NCBI GenBank assembly: GCA_016200585.1
Contig: JACQEN010000195.1
Span: 3,939-67,938, forward strand
Source: Deltaproteobacteria bacterium
GTDB lineage: Bacteria; Desulfobacterota; Binatia; HRBIN30
Direction of reading: 5' to 3'
DNA: 64,000 bases
Under the pieces are notes generated by a model. The model saw nothing but the letters and a program-made list of their open reading frames with translations, was not told where the DNA came from and ran no database searches. The translations under genes were made by a program, and so were the position numbers. Positions 1 through 9,154 of the stretch are shown piece by piece. Numbering within the stretch: the first letter of the stretch is position 1; each line of letters starts with the position of its first letter.

Positions 1-836
1 ACGATCGCCCCGGGGACCAGCGGGATCGTCGCCGGACGGAGGTTCAAGATGTAAGGCCCGTAGGTGCCGCCGGCTCCGCTGGCGCGCAACACGTAGGTGT
101 CGGTCGCGGGGAGCGTGAGATTTTGAATCAGAGCGTTCTTTCCCGGTCCGGCAGGCAGGTTGGAACCGCTGTCGTCGTCGACCGCGACGACAAAGCCCCG
201 TGAGTCTTGCAACTCGAGATACGGATCGAGCGTAGATGAACCGTCCTGCTGGTTCGGGATCCGACTCATAGCGATGCTGACAACCTGACCGGCGTTGCCT
301 GCGAAGTGCCAGAGGTCGGCGCCGCCGCCGGACATGATCGCCGGCGCGGCGTTGATCGGCGCGGCGCCTTGAGCCGAGCCAAACGAGGTCGTGACCGTCA
401 GTGGGACGGTGCTGGCGGCGAAATCAAAGACGGTGTCGAGCGAGCACGTGATCTGCGCGCACTGCGCTTGGCAGTTGCTCAACGTTGCTTGTGGAGTGCC
501 GGTTGAAACGCTGGCACCGAGCAGGCTGTTGCCTTCGAGCGTGACCAGACAAGTGGTGCCGGCGTAGCAGGTTGCCGACGTGACTTTGGTGATCGAGGGC
601 GCCTGCAGCGGGCAGGACGGTGCACCGCGTTCGATCGAAAGAATATTGCCGACGGCGTCGTAGTTGTAGGTGGCGGCGTTGCCTTGCGCGTCGATCACTT
701 GGTGCAAGCGGCCGAGATCGTCGTAGAGGTACCGGATGCTTTGTGCCTGCGCTGCGAAACCGCTGAGACCTATCACTAAGGCGGCCGCGGCGAACATCGA
801 CGTCCAGATGGCAGAACGCAATCGTCCTGTATCCAT
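1..836 (-). CDS. Secreted YD-repeat / PPC-like (pre-peptidase C-terminal type) domain protein; partial, 3' end runs off the window
   Basis: Absent from the ORF track because it is edge-truncated. My own minus-strand translation from the ATG at 836..834 gives MDTGRLRSAIWTSMFAAAALVIGLSGFAAQAQS (signal peptide). This is followed by IRYLYDDLGRLHQVIDAQGNAATYNYDAVGNILSIE (YD repeats) and then ADLWHFAGNAGQVVSIAMSR..DPYLELQDSRGFVVAVDDDSG..TDTYVLRASG (PPC-like pattern). The frame stays open to position 1. Confidence 0.7.
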   Translation of the reverse strand, partial: MDTGRLRSAIWTSMFAAAALVIGLSGFAAQAQSIRYLYDDLGRLHQVIDAQGNAATYNYDAVGNILSIERGAPSCPLQAPSITKVTSATCYAGTTCLVTLEGNSLLGASVSTGTPQATLSNCQAQCAQITCSLDTVFDFAASTVPLTVTTSFGSAQGAAPINAAPAIMSGGGADLWHFAGNAGQVVSIAMSRIPNQQDGSSTLDPYLELQDSRGFVVAVDDDSGSNLPAGPGKNALIQNLTLPATDTYVLRASGAGGTYGPYILNLRPATIPLVPGAI

Positions 837-969
837 TCGGGTGAGCATCCCGATCAGGGTCTGCAGATTCGACCGATCGAGATTTGTCCGTCCGCTGCCT
901 ATCGTTGTCGTCTGCATTCTCAAATTCTTTCAATTGCGGGATACAGAGCCCCGGCGAGAAATCTCCCGA

Positions 970-1461
970 TCATTGCTCTCCGGTCACCGCATGGACGTAG
1001 AGTGGTCGACCAATATCGATCGCCGAACCGATGATCTGTTGTACATAGAGCTCCTTTGCCTTCACCCCCCATGTGCGCGGGCTCGTCAGGGGGTTGAAGT
1101 TGTTTCCTCCAACAGGAACAGATGCCCCGACAACCTCGGTAGCTGTCTCGGCAACTTTGAAACCACCGAGCGCCGCCCCGGCGGCCGTATCGATGAGAAT
1201 GTCTTGGACGGTTTTGTGTCCCCCGAGGAGGTTCGCGGTGACGTCGTATGAGAGGCCTCCGGCAGCTCCGGATAGCGTCGGGCTCTTTGAAAAGACCGCG
1301 ACCGCAACCGACACCACAGCGCTTGCGGCCCCGGCAACCGCACCGCGCAGCACCGCTTGAGCAAAGGCGGCGTCAAACCGGTGACCGCACTTGTAGGCGT
1401 CGTAGCCCTCCGATATCGCACCCGCGATTGCCCCGATTCCGGCGACGATCAATAGCGGGTT
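970..1461 (-). other. Variable C-terminal (toxin) domain of the RHS protein: 163 aa after the DPSGQ core boundary, glycine-zipper/hydrophobic character
   Basis: The DPSGQ codons are at 1462..1476 (checked on the DNA). The tail is NPLLIVAGIGAIAGAISEG..LRGAVAGAASAVVSVAVAVF..SGAAGGLSYD..DTAAGAALGGF, with repeated small-xxx-small (G/A) spacing in hydrophobic stretches. Confidence 0.6.
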
Positions 1462-4400
1462 CTGTCCAGATGGGTCCGTCAGGTTGACCGGATTGTTCAA
1501 CGCGTAGCCGTAGAGATTGGCGCCTCCGCCAAGGAACCCGACTCGGTCTTCACTGATGAAGCGCCCCAGTGTCGGGGAGTAGAAACGAGTCCGGTTGAAG
1601 TACAGTCCGGTCTCGTCGTATTCGCGTCCTGTGAAGGCGAGTGCGTTGTCGGAGACCGACGGGCTGACTTGCGTCTCTCCGAATGGCCCGAAGGTATACT
1701 GTTCCTGAACAACACCCGTCCGATCGGCCAATCCGAGAGTACTGCCAAGCGCATCCGCAACGTAGTACTCGCTCCCACCACGGACCAAGGGTTCATCTGT
1801 AGCCGTACCTTGTAGGATTCCGACCGAGAGTCCGTTGCGGATTGTTTCGGAGATATCGATTCCGTCGTAGGCAAATTGTGTCGTGGTGCCGTTGATCGTC
1901 TTTTGCAGCCGGCGGCCGAGCGCATCATAAACAAACGACGCTTGGACTGTCCGGCTGGCGAAGCCGACGAGCCGGTCGCGGGCATCCCATGTCAGCGCGG
2001 TCTCACTAGCGGAGTCCCTGATCGACGTGAGATTGCCGTTGGCATCGAAGTCCATCATGTGATCGCCGAACTGGCGTTGTCGGTTCGCGTCATCGTACTT
2101 CGTCGAGGCGGCTGCGACTGGATCGGGGAGTGATGTGCGTGCGAAAGAACCGTCGATACCGACTCGATTCCCTGCCGCGTCGTAGCTGTAGCGCAGGTCG
2201 CCGAGCATGCTGTTACCGTTGCGGTAGGCCAGTTGCGTGAGCTGAGAAGCCGTATCGTAGGCATATTCCGCACTGATACCGTTCGGCAGCATCAGCATCC
2301 TGCGGCGGCCGAGAAGGTCGTATTCGAAGCCGACGAGCTGGTTGCCCTGGGCGATGCTGGTCACCCGCGAGTTGGTGTCGTAGCTGTACTGCACGGAGGG
2401 TTGACCGCTGGCGATCATTGTCGTGCGCCGGCCGGCGAGATCGTAAGCGTAGTCGACCACACCGCTCGGGCTCGCCTCTTCGACCAGGCGGTTGACCAGA
2501 TCGTAGCTGCGATGGATCACGCCGCCGGCAGAGTCGCCCGCCTGCACGAGCTGGCTGCGCGCGTCGTAAACGAAGCTGGTCGACGAGCCGTCGGCGAAAT
2601 TGGCTTGGATCAAGCGATTGAGCGCGTCGGCGGTAAAGGTGCTCTGTTGACCCTTGCGATCGACGCGTCGCACCAGGTTCGAGCTCTTGTCGTACTCGAA
2701 CGATTCCGTCGCTCCGAGCGCATCGGTGCGTTTCCTCAGGCGATTCGAGTTGTCGTACTCGTACGCCGTCTGATGCCCCAGGGCATCGACCAAGCTGACC
2801 AGGTTGCCGTTCGCATCGTAGCTGAACTGGGTTTTGCCGTTCGCCGCGTCGACCATCTCGCGAATGCGATCGAGATTGTCGTACGCAATCTGGGTGCTGC
2901 GTCCACGCGCGTCGGTGGCGGTGGTGACGCGTGCCACCGCGTCGTACGTCAAGGTGCTGGCATTTCCCAGCGGGTCGACGATGCTGGTGAGGTTGCCGAG
3001 ACCGTCGTAGCCGAACTGCCGGACGTTGCCGAGGGCGTCGGTCACCGAAGTCAGTAGCCCGGTCGCATCGTAGGCGAACGTCGTCGTTGCTCCGCCGGGA
3101 TCGGCAACGGTTTGCAAATTGCCGCGAGCGTCGTAGGCGAGTGTGCTGACGTGGCCGAGCGGATCGGTGATCGACGTCACTTTGTTGAAGATCGGATCGT
3201 AGGTGAACGAGGTCGTCGCGCCGAGGGCATCGGTTCTGGTCATCACGTTGCCAAAAGCATCGCGCGTGAACGTGACGTCTCCGGGGCCGGCGCCGCAGAC
3301 GTTGCAGGATGCGGTGCCGTGGATGGCCATCAACTGATTGGTCCCGGGCTCGCGTTCGAAGACCTGTGTCTGACCCAGCGCATCGGTTGCGTCGATCAGA
3401 AAGCCCTGCGGGTTGAAGTGGTAGACGGTGGTGTTGCCGCGGGGATCGGTCAGCTTGGTTTGCAAGATCGGGCTGACCGCCGCGGCGGCGGGATTGAGGA
3501 GGGTGTATTCGAAGTTGAGGGTGCCATCCGCCAGGGTTTGCTGACGGACGCGGCCGTTCTGGTCGTAGGTGTTCTGCTCCGTTGTGATTCCTCTGGGGTC
3601 GACGACCTGAGTGAGTCGGTTTTGGGTGTCGTAGGTATAGGTCGAGACGCCGCCGGCAGGATCGGTGACCGTCTTCAACGTGCCCTGGGAGTAGTAGGAG
3701 TACTGCACCTTTCTGCCGATGGGGTCGACGATCGAGGTGATGCGATTGGCGTTGTCGTAACTGAGCGTCAATGCCCGTCCGCTCGGATCGACGACCTGCG
3801 TGATCTGCGTCGCATCCGACCCATGCACCAGCGAAACGACGTTGCCATTCGCATCGGTGATCGAAACCAGTCCGGTGAGACGTCCGAAGGTCTGGAAGCC
3901 GAAGACCGTGCCGTCCTTCCAACGTAAACTGAACGTGCCGCCTCCACCGACGCTCAGAACCGCGCCGCGCAGCAAAGGTACGGTCGAATTGGTGTACGTT
4001 CCGTCTCCCTGTTGATTGAGCGGAAACTGATTGCCGTCGGGCATGACCAGCCCGACGACTCCTTGCGCCGGAGTAAACGGCACGACGATGTTCAGCTGGA
4101 AACCGTAGTTGTGGCTCGTTCCGATTCCGAACGGCCCAGCGTTGTTCGAGCCGCTGCCATAGCTTCGTTTGATCCCGATCGGTCCACGGCGGTCGTTGAT
4201 CGCTAGGTCGGTTGCCGTGATCACTTCCAGGCCGGAAGATAGATCGACTGGATTGCACGTCTTGGGGCCGTTCGGATCCGGGCTCGGATTGATTCCATTC
4301 GGCGGCGGTGCCGTCGGGCCGTGCCAGTCAAAGTGGGTCAGGCCGTATTTGTGCCCCGGATGCGCCGAGTCCGCATCGGGTAGGATCTGCGTGCCGTCGT

Positions 4401-6267
4401 TCGACACCTTTCCGGTGCCGTACGGGACCATCTGACCTTGCGTCGGATCGAGCGTGAAGAGCGTGATGCTCGTTCCAGGCGGCGAATTGAGCGAGTTCGG
4501 AAAGGTCACCGCAACCGGCTGGCTGGCGCTGGCGTTTGCCGGCTGGAAGGCCACGATGAACACGAGCAACTTGCTGCCACTCTGTGCCTGCGGTGAGAAT
4601 TCCTCGGGCAGACGATCGACCGGAACCTGCACCGCCGTAAGCGGAAATGGATCCGGTTGCGTGCCGTCTTGCAGGCTGAGGACGGTTCCCGCGTAGACTG
4701 TGAGGGAGAGGGAAGGGATCGTCTTGAAGGTGAAGGTTTGATCGATAGGGAAGTTCTGCTTCACCATCACCGTTTCCTGCCCTTCGATGCGCGGCAGGTG
4801 CACCAATACCGGCGACACGACCACTTGGTGCGGGACGATTTCGTAGACCAGATCGACGCCGGCGTGTTGGCCGGGTGGTGAGGTTGCGGTTGTACCGTCG
4901 TATCGGATGAGCTGCGGCCCGGCGCATTCGTCCGGAAGATTCGTAAACGCGAAGTTGCCGGCCGCATCGGAAACCGTTTGATAACCGACACAATCGGTGG
5001 CATGGCCATTCGGTGCCATTCCAAGGAAACGAATGGTGACACCCGCCAGCGGCGTTTCCATTGTGTCACCTTCGACGGTACGTCCGAGGAACGATGTCGT
5101 GACCGGTTGGACCGACAGCATCGCCACGGCCGACCGGGTCGTCATTGTGCCGAGGACACTGGCGGAAGCCGACACGGTGAAGTGCACGTTGCCCGTGGCC
5201 TGGCCGGCTGCGGCGGTAATCTTGACGATTGCAGTTTGACCGGCGGTCACTTGCGCCGGCGTGATGGTAGCGGTCAAGTCCGCCGGCAGATCCAGTACTT
5301 GAAGGCTTGCCAGCCGTGAAAAGCCGTCGCTGCTGATGAGCTTCACAGCATAGGCAGTCGACTGACCTTGAAGAACGGTGGCGTTCGCAGGAACCAAGCT
5401 GACTGAGAACGTCGACGGCGTCAGGACGCTAAACGAGCTCGACGAGACGAGATTCCCGGCGGGGGCGTTGATGGTAATGGGTCCGCTGGTGGCCCCGCTT
5501 GGAACGGTTGTCGTAATTTGATTTGGCGCGACAACCCGAAACGTTGTTGCCACTCCGTTGAACGATACTCCGGTGACCGCCGAAAAACCGGCGCCCGAGA
5601 TAGTTACTGTGGTGCCGGTCGGCCCACTCATTGGCGAGAACAGGCTCAGGATCGGAGGGCAGCTGCAGTTCTGGAGGCACTTCCCGGCACAGGCCGAGTC
5701 GGCGGGGGGATCGCATTCCTCGGGGCTGGTGAGAACCCCGTCGCCGCACCTGGCGGCGGCGGGTGTCGTCGGTGTCGGCACATTCGTCATTGTCGGCGAT
5801 ACGCTGCGCGTCAGCGTCGGCGTTGGCGTCGTGGATCGAGTGGGTGTCAGCGTCGACGTGGGCTTTGGTGTGGGCGAGACGGTTGCGCTGGCCGTCGCTG
5901 TTGCCGTACTCACGCTTGGGCAGGCGTTGAGCGCAAATCCGACGGCCTGAATGATTTCATCGATGGTAACGTCGCCGTCGCCATTCGCGTCCCCCGCCAG
6001 ACACGCGGCGACCGGAGTATTGCCGAGGGCGATGTTTACCATCGTGATCAGCTCATCGATGGCGACCTCCCCGTCTGTCGGGTTGCAGTCGCCGGTGCAA
6101 ACGGCCGCGGAGGGTGCCGGCGTGAACAGCAGTGAGAGGGTCAGTGTGGCGGTGGCTAGGATCCCGAGCGCCTGGCGCAAACAGGTCGCACGTCTGCTGG
6201 CTCCAAGACACTTTCCGCCCGACCCGATCACCGATATTGCCCCCTTCGAAACAGGTAGGGCGCTCAC
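970..6267 (-). CDS. Giant secreted RHS/YD-repeat polymorphic-toxin protein (1765 aa)
   Basis: ORF track. There are many YD repeats (e.g. YDANGNLVSLVDALGHQTAYEYDNSNRL, YSYDAAGNRV). The RHS core ends FTGREYDETGLYFNRTRFYSPTLGRFISEDRVGFLGGGANLYGYALNNPVNLTDPSGQ. The N-terminal leader is LGILATATLTLSLLFTPAPSAA. Following it are a dockerin-like module, a PT linker, a Cys-rich repeat (RCGDGVLTSPEECD), an IPT/TIG-like segment (PILSLFSPMSGPTGTTVTISGAGF) and a carboxypeptidase-regulatory-like segment (AGVTIRFLG..SDAAGNFAFTNLP). Confidence 0.93.
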   Translation of the reverse strand: MSALPVSKGAISVIGSGGKCLGASRRATCLRQALGILATATLTLSLLFTPAPSAAVCTGDCNPTDGEVAIDELITMVNIALGNTPVAACLAGDANGDGDVTIDEIIQAVGFALNACPSVSTATATASATVSPTPKPTSTLTPTRSTTPTPTLTRSVSPTMTNVPTPTTPAAARCGDGVLTSPEECDPPADSACAGKCLQNCSCPPILSLFSPMSGPTGTTVTISGAGFSAVTGVSFNGVATTFRVVAPNQITTTVPSGATSGPITINAPAGNLVSSSSFSVLTPSTFSVSLVPANATVLQGQSTAYAVKLISSDGFSRLASLQVLDLPADLTATITPAQVTAGQTAIVKITAAAGQATGNVHFTVSASASVLGTMTTRSAVAMLSVQPVTTSFLGRTVEGDTMETPLAGVTIRFLGMAPNGHATDCVGYQTVSDAAGNFAFTNLPDECAGPQLIRYDGTTATSPPGQHAGVDLVYEIVPHQVVVSPVLVHLPRIEGQETVMVKQNFPIDQTFTFKTIPSLSLTVYAGTVLSLQDGTQPDPFPLTAVQVPVDRLPEEFSPQAQSGSKLLVFIVAFQPANASASQPVAVTFPNSLNSPPGTSITLFTLDPTQGQMVPYGTGKVSNDGTQILPDADSAHPGHKYGLTHFDWHGPTAPPPNGINPSPDPNGPKTCNPVDLSSGLEVITATDLAINDRRGPIGIKRSYGSGSNNAGPFGIGTSHNYGFQLNIVVPFTPAQGVVGLVMPDGNQFPLNQQGDGTYTNSTVPLLRGAVLSVGGGGTFSLRWKDGTVFGFQTFGRLTGLVSITDANGNVVSLVHGSDATQITQVVDPSGRALTLSYDNANRITSIVDPIGRKVQYSYYSQGTLKTVTDPAGGVSTYTYDTQNRLTQVVDPRGITTEQNTYDQNGRVRQQTLADGTLNFEYTLLNPAAAAVSPILQTKLTDPRGNTTVYHFNPQGFLIDATDALGQTQVFEREPGTNQLMAIHGTASCNVCGAGPGDVTFTRDAFGNVMTRTDALGATTSFTYDPIFNKVTSITDPLGHVSTLAYDARGNLQTVADPGGATTTFAYDATGLLTSVTDALGNVRQFGYDGLGNLTSIVDPLGNASTLTYDAVARVTTATDARGRSTQIAYDNLDRIREMVDAANGKTQFSYDANGNLVSLVDALGHQTAYEYDNSNRLRKRTDALGATESFEYDKSSNLVRRVDRKGQQSTFTADALNRLIQANFADGSSTSFVYDARSQLVQAGDSAGGVIHRSYDLVNRLVEEASPSGVVDYAYDLAGRRTTMIASGQPSVQYSYDTNSRVTSIAQGNQLVGFEYDLLGRRRMLMLPNGISAEYAYDTASQLTQLAYRNGNSMLGDLRYSYDAAGNRVGIDGSFARTSLPDPVAAASTKYDDANRQRQFGDHMMDFDANGNLTSIRDSASETALTWDARDRLVGFASRTVQASFVYDALGRRLQKTINGTTTQFAYDGIDISETIRNGLSVGILQGTATDEPLVRGGSEYYVADALGSTLGLADRTGVVQEQYTFGPFGETQVSPSVSDNALAFTGREYDETGLYFNRTRFYSPTLGRFISEDRVGFLGGGANLYGYALNNPVNLTDPSGQNPLLIVAGIGAIAGAISEGYDAYKCGHRFDAAFAQAVLRGAVAGAASAVVSVAVAVFSKSPTLSGAAGGLSYDVTANLLGGHKTVQDILIDTAAGAALGGFKVAETATEVVGASVPVGGNNFNPLTSPRTWGVKAKELYVQQIIGSAIDIGRPLYVHAVTGEQ
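5752..5919 (-). repeat. Thr/Pro/Ser-rich linker within the RHS protein
   Basis: Residues 117-172: PSVSTATATASATVSPTPKPTSTLTPTRSTTPTPTLTRSVSPTMTNVPTPTTPA. Confidence 0.8.
5920..6099 (-). other. Dockerin-like double Ca-binding-loop module (RHS protein)
   Basis: CTGDCNPTDGEVAIDELITMVNIALGNTPVAACLAGDANGDGDVTIDEIIQAVGFALNACP. It has two D-x-[DN]-x-D-G..[IV]D[ED][LI]I segments framed by four Cys, directly after the signal peptide. Confidence 0.6.
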
Positions 6268-6353
6268 TAGTCTCGCTGGGTCGGGAAAGTCAACAAAAAA
6301 TCCTCATCCAGAATGCTAGTCACCGGGCAGGTTTCACATACATACTGCCGCTC

Positions 6354-7367
6354 ATGAAACTACGCACGCTCTTGTCACTGATCGGCAGCGGACGGCTGCC
6401 GGTGCTATTGCCGATGATGCGGCTGGTTCAATCGTACCATCGACTGGCATTTCTCGCTGCCGGTCTGGCGAGTGGAATCTTGCGTAGGCTGGCTGGCGGC
6501 AAGCACACGCTCGACGAGCTTACCGCCGCTCTCAACGCCGACCCGTCGATGCGCGATGGGCTGGCGGCCTGGCTTCAAGTTGGGACGGCGCTCGGGGAGT
6601 TGCGCTGCGAAGCGGACGGGTACTCGTTGCACGGCAAGCTGGCGCGGCAACTCGCCGACCCCGCGAACGAGGCCGCAGCAGCCTTCGTCGAAGAGGTGGC
6701 GTTCCTGCACAACCTGATCATCACGCAAACGCCGCAACGGCTCGGGCCGGCGCGACCGTTCTCCCTCAACGACCAGGACGACCGCATGATCGCGCAGTCG
6801 TCGCGCCTGGCCGAGCCGTTCATCTGTGAGGCGATTGATCAGGTCGTCCCGCGCGTCGGCGCGCTACGCTTGTTCGAGATCGGCTGCGGCACGGCCGCCT
6901 ACATTCGCTATGCGGCGAGTCGCAATCACGAGCTGACCGCGCTCGGTCTCGATCTGCAACCGGGCGCCGCCGCGTTGGCGACCCAGAACGTCAAGAGTTG
7001 GAATCTAGCCGCACGCGTCACGATCGAGACCGGAAATGTCTTGCAGCGCGATCCGCAGCCGACTTTCGACGTCGCGACGCTGCACCAGAATATCTACTAC
7101 TTTCCGCTCGAGCGTCGCGTCGATGTGTTGCGACACGTCGGCGGTTTCCTCAAACCGGGTGGCCGCCTGTTGCTGACGACCTTTTGCCAAGGCGGCGGGG
7201 TAGGCGGCGAAGTGCTCAATTTGTGGGGCGCGATGACCGAAGGCTGCGGTCGCCTGCCGACGGCGGAAGAGATGGTGGCCCAAATGCAGCAGGCCGGCTT
7301 CGTCGACGTCCGCAGCCGCAGCCTCATTCCGGGCGAAGGCTTCTACTCGTTCGTCGGGGTTCTTTAG
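6354..7367 (+). CDS. Class I SAM-dependent methyltransferase (O-methyltransferase-like, with an N-terminal helical/dimerisation-type region)
   Basis: The ORF track frame is 6132..7367. I place the start at ATG 6354 (MKLRTLLSLIG), because the upstream extension overlaps the divergent RHS start. The SAM-binding motif is LFEIGCGTAAYIRY, followed by FLKPGGRLLL. Confidence 0.8.
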   Translation: MKLRTLLSLIGSGRLPVLLPMMRLVQSYHRLAFLAAGLASGILRRLAGGKHTLDELTAALNADPSMRDGLAAWLQVGTALGELRCEADGYSLHGKLARQLADPANEAAAAFVEEVAFLHNLIITQTPQRLGPARPFSLNDQDDRMIAQSSRLAEPFICEAIDQVVPRVGALRLFEIGCGTAAYIRYAASRNHELTALGLDLQPGAAALATQNVKSWNLAARVTIETGNVLQRDPQPTFDVATLHQNIYYFPLERRVDVLRHVGGFLKPGGRLLLTTFCQGGGVGGEVLNLWGAMTEGCGRLPTAEEMVAQMQQAGFVDVRSRSLIPGEGFYSFVGVL

Positions 7368-7500
7368 CGCGCCTGCCAATTTGACATTGGTCGAGAGTCG
7401 ACAGTTCCAGGCCTGGCGCAAACTGTCGACGGTAGACTGTAGTGAACCATCGACCTGAAGCGCGGCTTCGCAGTATGATTTGTCATCGGAAGGATCGTTC

Positions 7501-9009
7501 ATGGTGATTGCCGCCGCACGCGATGCGCTCGAAACCTCACGCTTGACCGTTGTCGACCCGGCTCGGGGAACGATCGTCGACGAGTTGCCCATCGACGACG
7601 CGACGGCTGTGGCCGCGGCGGTGCAACGCGCACGGGCAGCGCAACCGGCTTGGGCGGCGCTCGGCGCGCGCCGGCGGGCTCGGCTTCTCAAGCGGGCGCG
7701 GCGCGAGATGGTGCGCGGGCGCGCGACGATCTTGGATCACCTCGAGCGTGAAACCGGCAAGGCGCGCTTCGACGTCGTCGGCGAGCTCATGGGCGTGTGC
7801 ATGAACCTCGGCTATCTGGTGCGCCGCGCGCCAGGCTGGTTGCGGCCGCAGAAAGTCAGCACGCGGCCGTTGTTCGGCAAACGCGGCCGCGTCGTGTTCA
7901 AACCGCACGGAATCGTCGGCGTCATCAGTCCGTGGAACGCACCGCTCAACCTGGCCCTCGGCGATGCCTTCCCGGCCCTGCTCGCGGGCAATGCCGTGCT
8001 CATCAAGCCGTCGGAGTTGACGCCGCTGGCCGTGCGGCTCGCCGTCGAGGCGCTGAATCGCGTCTTGCCCGCCGGCGTCCTGCAAGTTCTCATCGGCGCG
8101 GGCGACACCGGCGAAGCGCTCGTCGATCGCGTCGACCTGATCTGCGTGACCGGTTCGCCGCAAACCGGGCGTCGGGTGATGCAGCGCGCCAGTCAACGCC
8201 TGACGCCGGTGCTGCTCGAGCTCGGCGGCAAGGACCCGATGATCGTCCTGCGCGATGCCGACCTCGAGCGCGCCGCCAACGCCGCGGCGTGGGGCGGCTG
8301 CATGATGACCGGCCAGGTCTGCATGTCGGTGGAGCGCGTCTACGTCGAGGCGCCGGTCGCCCAGGCCTTCACCCAAAAGCTGGTCGAGCGCGTGCAAGCC
8401 TTGCGCACCGGGTTCAACGGTGCGGATGCCGACATCGACTTCGGACCCTTCACCAGCCCGCGCCAGATCGACATCGTCGAACGCCACCTTGCGGATGCTG
8501 TGGCAAAGGGCGCAAAGATTCTCACCGGCGGATCTCGCCGCGCCGGCGAGTCGGGGATTTTCTTCGAGCCGACCGTCGTCAGCAACGTCGATGATTCCAT
8601 GTTGCTCATGCAGGAAGAGACGTTCGGTCCGATCATTCCCGTGATGCCGGTGCGCGACGCCGACGAGGCGGTGCGCTACGCCAATCAAAGCGTCTATGGG
8701 CTCAGTGCCAGCGTCTGGACAGCCGACGTGCAACGCGGCATCGAGCTGGCGCAACGCCTCGACAGCGGCAACGCCTGCGTCAACGAATGCGTCGTCTCTG
8801 CCGGCATTCCGTCGCTGCCGTTCGGTGGTGTCAAACAGAGCGGCGTCGGCAGCCGGCACGGCGGCGCTGACGGTCTGCGCCAGTTCTGCATCCGTCAGGC
8901 CATCCTCATCGAGCCGCGCAAGCGCAAAACGGAGCCGAACTGGTTTCCGTACTCGAGTAGGCGGGCGCGGCAGATCGATCGCTTGATCGGATTGATGTTC
9001 GGCTGGTGA
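7501..9009 (+). CDS. NAD(P)-dependent aldehyde dehydrogenase family protein
   Basis: The ORF track frame is 7480..9009 with a TTG start. ATG 7501 is preceded by GGAAGGA. Family motifs are ELGGKDP, the catalytic-Cys region GQVCMSVERVYV, and EETFGP. Confidence 0.9.
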   Translation: MVIAAARDALETSRLTVVDPARGTIVDELPIDDATAVAAAVQRARAAQPAWAALGARRRARLLKRARREMVRGRATILDHLERETGKARFDVVGELMGVCMNLGYLVRRAPGWLRPQKVSTRPLFGKRGRVVFKPHGIVGVISPWNAPLNLALGDAFPALLAGNAVLIKPSELTPLAVRLAVEALNRVLPAGVLQVLIGAGDTGEALVDRVDLICVTGSPQTGRRVMQRASQRLTPVLLELGGKDPMIVLRDADLERAANAAAWGGCMMTGQVCMSVERVYVEAPVAQAFTQKLVERVQALRTGFNGADADIDFGPFTSPRQIDIVERHLADAVAKGAKILTGGSRRAGESGIFFEPTVVSNVDDSMLLMQEETFGPIIPVMPVRDADEAVRYANQSVYGLSASVWTADVQRGIELAQRLDSGNACVNECVVSAGIPSLPFGGVKQSGVGSRHGGADGLRQFCIRQAILIEPRKRKTEPNWFPYSSRRARQIDRLIGLMFGW

Positions 9010-9154
9010 GTGCCACTGTCCTACGGCGATTCGCAGGAAAGGTACGGTGGGGATTTGCCAGTCATGAGAAACCCGGGCCCGGCAGGGCCCATTCTCTGCG
9101 GATCGAACGGCGTGGCGGCACTGTTGCTGGCCAGGTGAAGGCGCGGAGGGAAGC

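Noticed and set aside
2213-4258. A 681-aa Arg-rich ORF on the same strand inside the RHS gene, plus many 60-270-aa ORFs across 1073..6135.
   Set aside because: This is an alternative frame of the 1765-aa RHS CDS. Its Arg/Pro/Gly-biased composition is typical of off-frame translation of GC-rich DNA.
970-6267. I considered whether the RHS region is a mobile or horizontally acquired island.
   Set aside because: No integrase, transposase, tRNA target or flanking direct repeats are visible, and the composition looks like the rest of the window.
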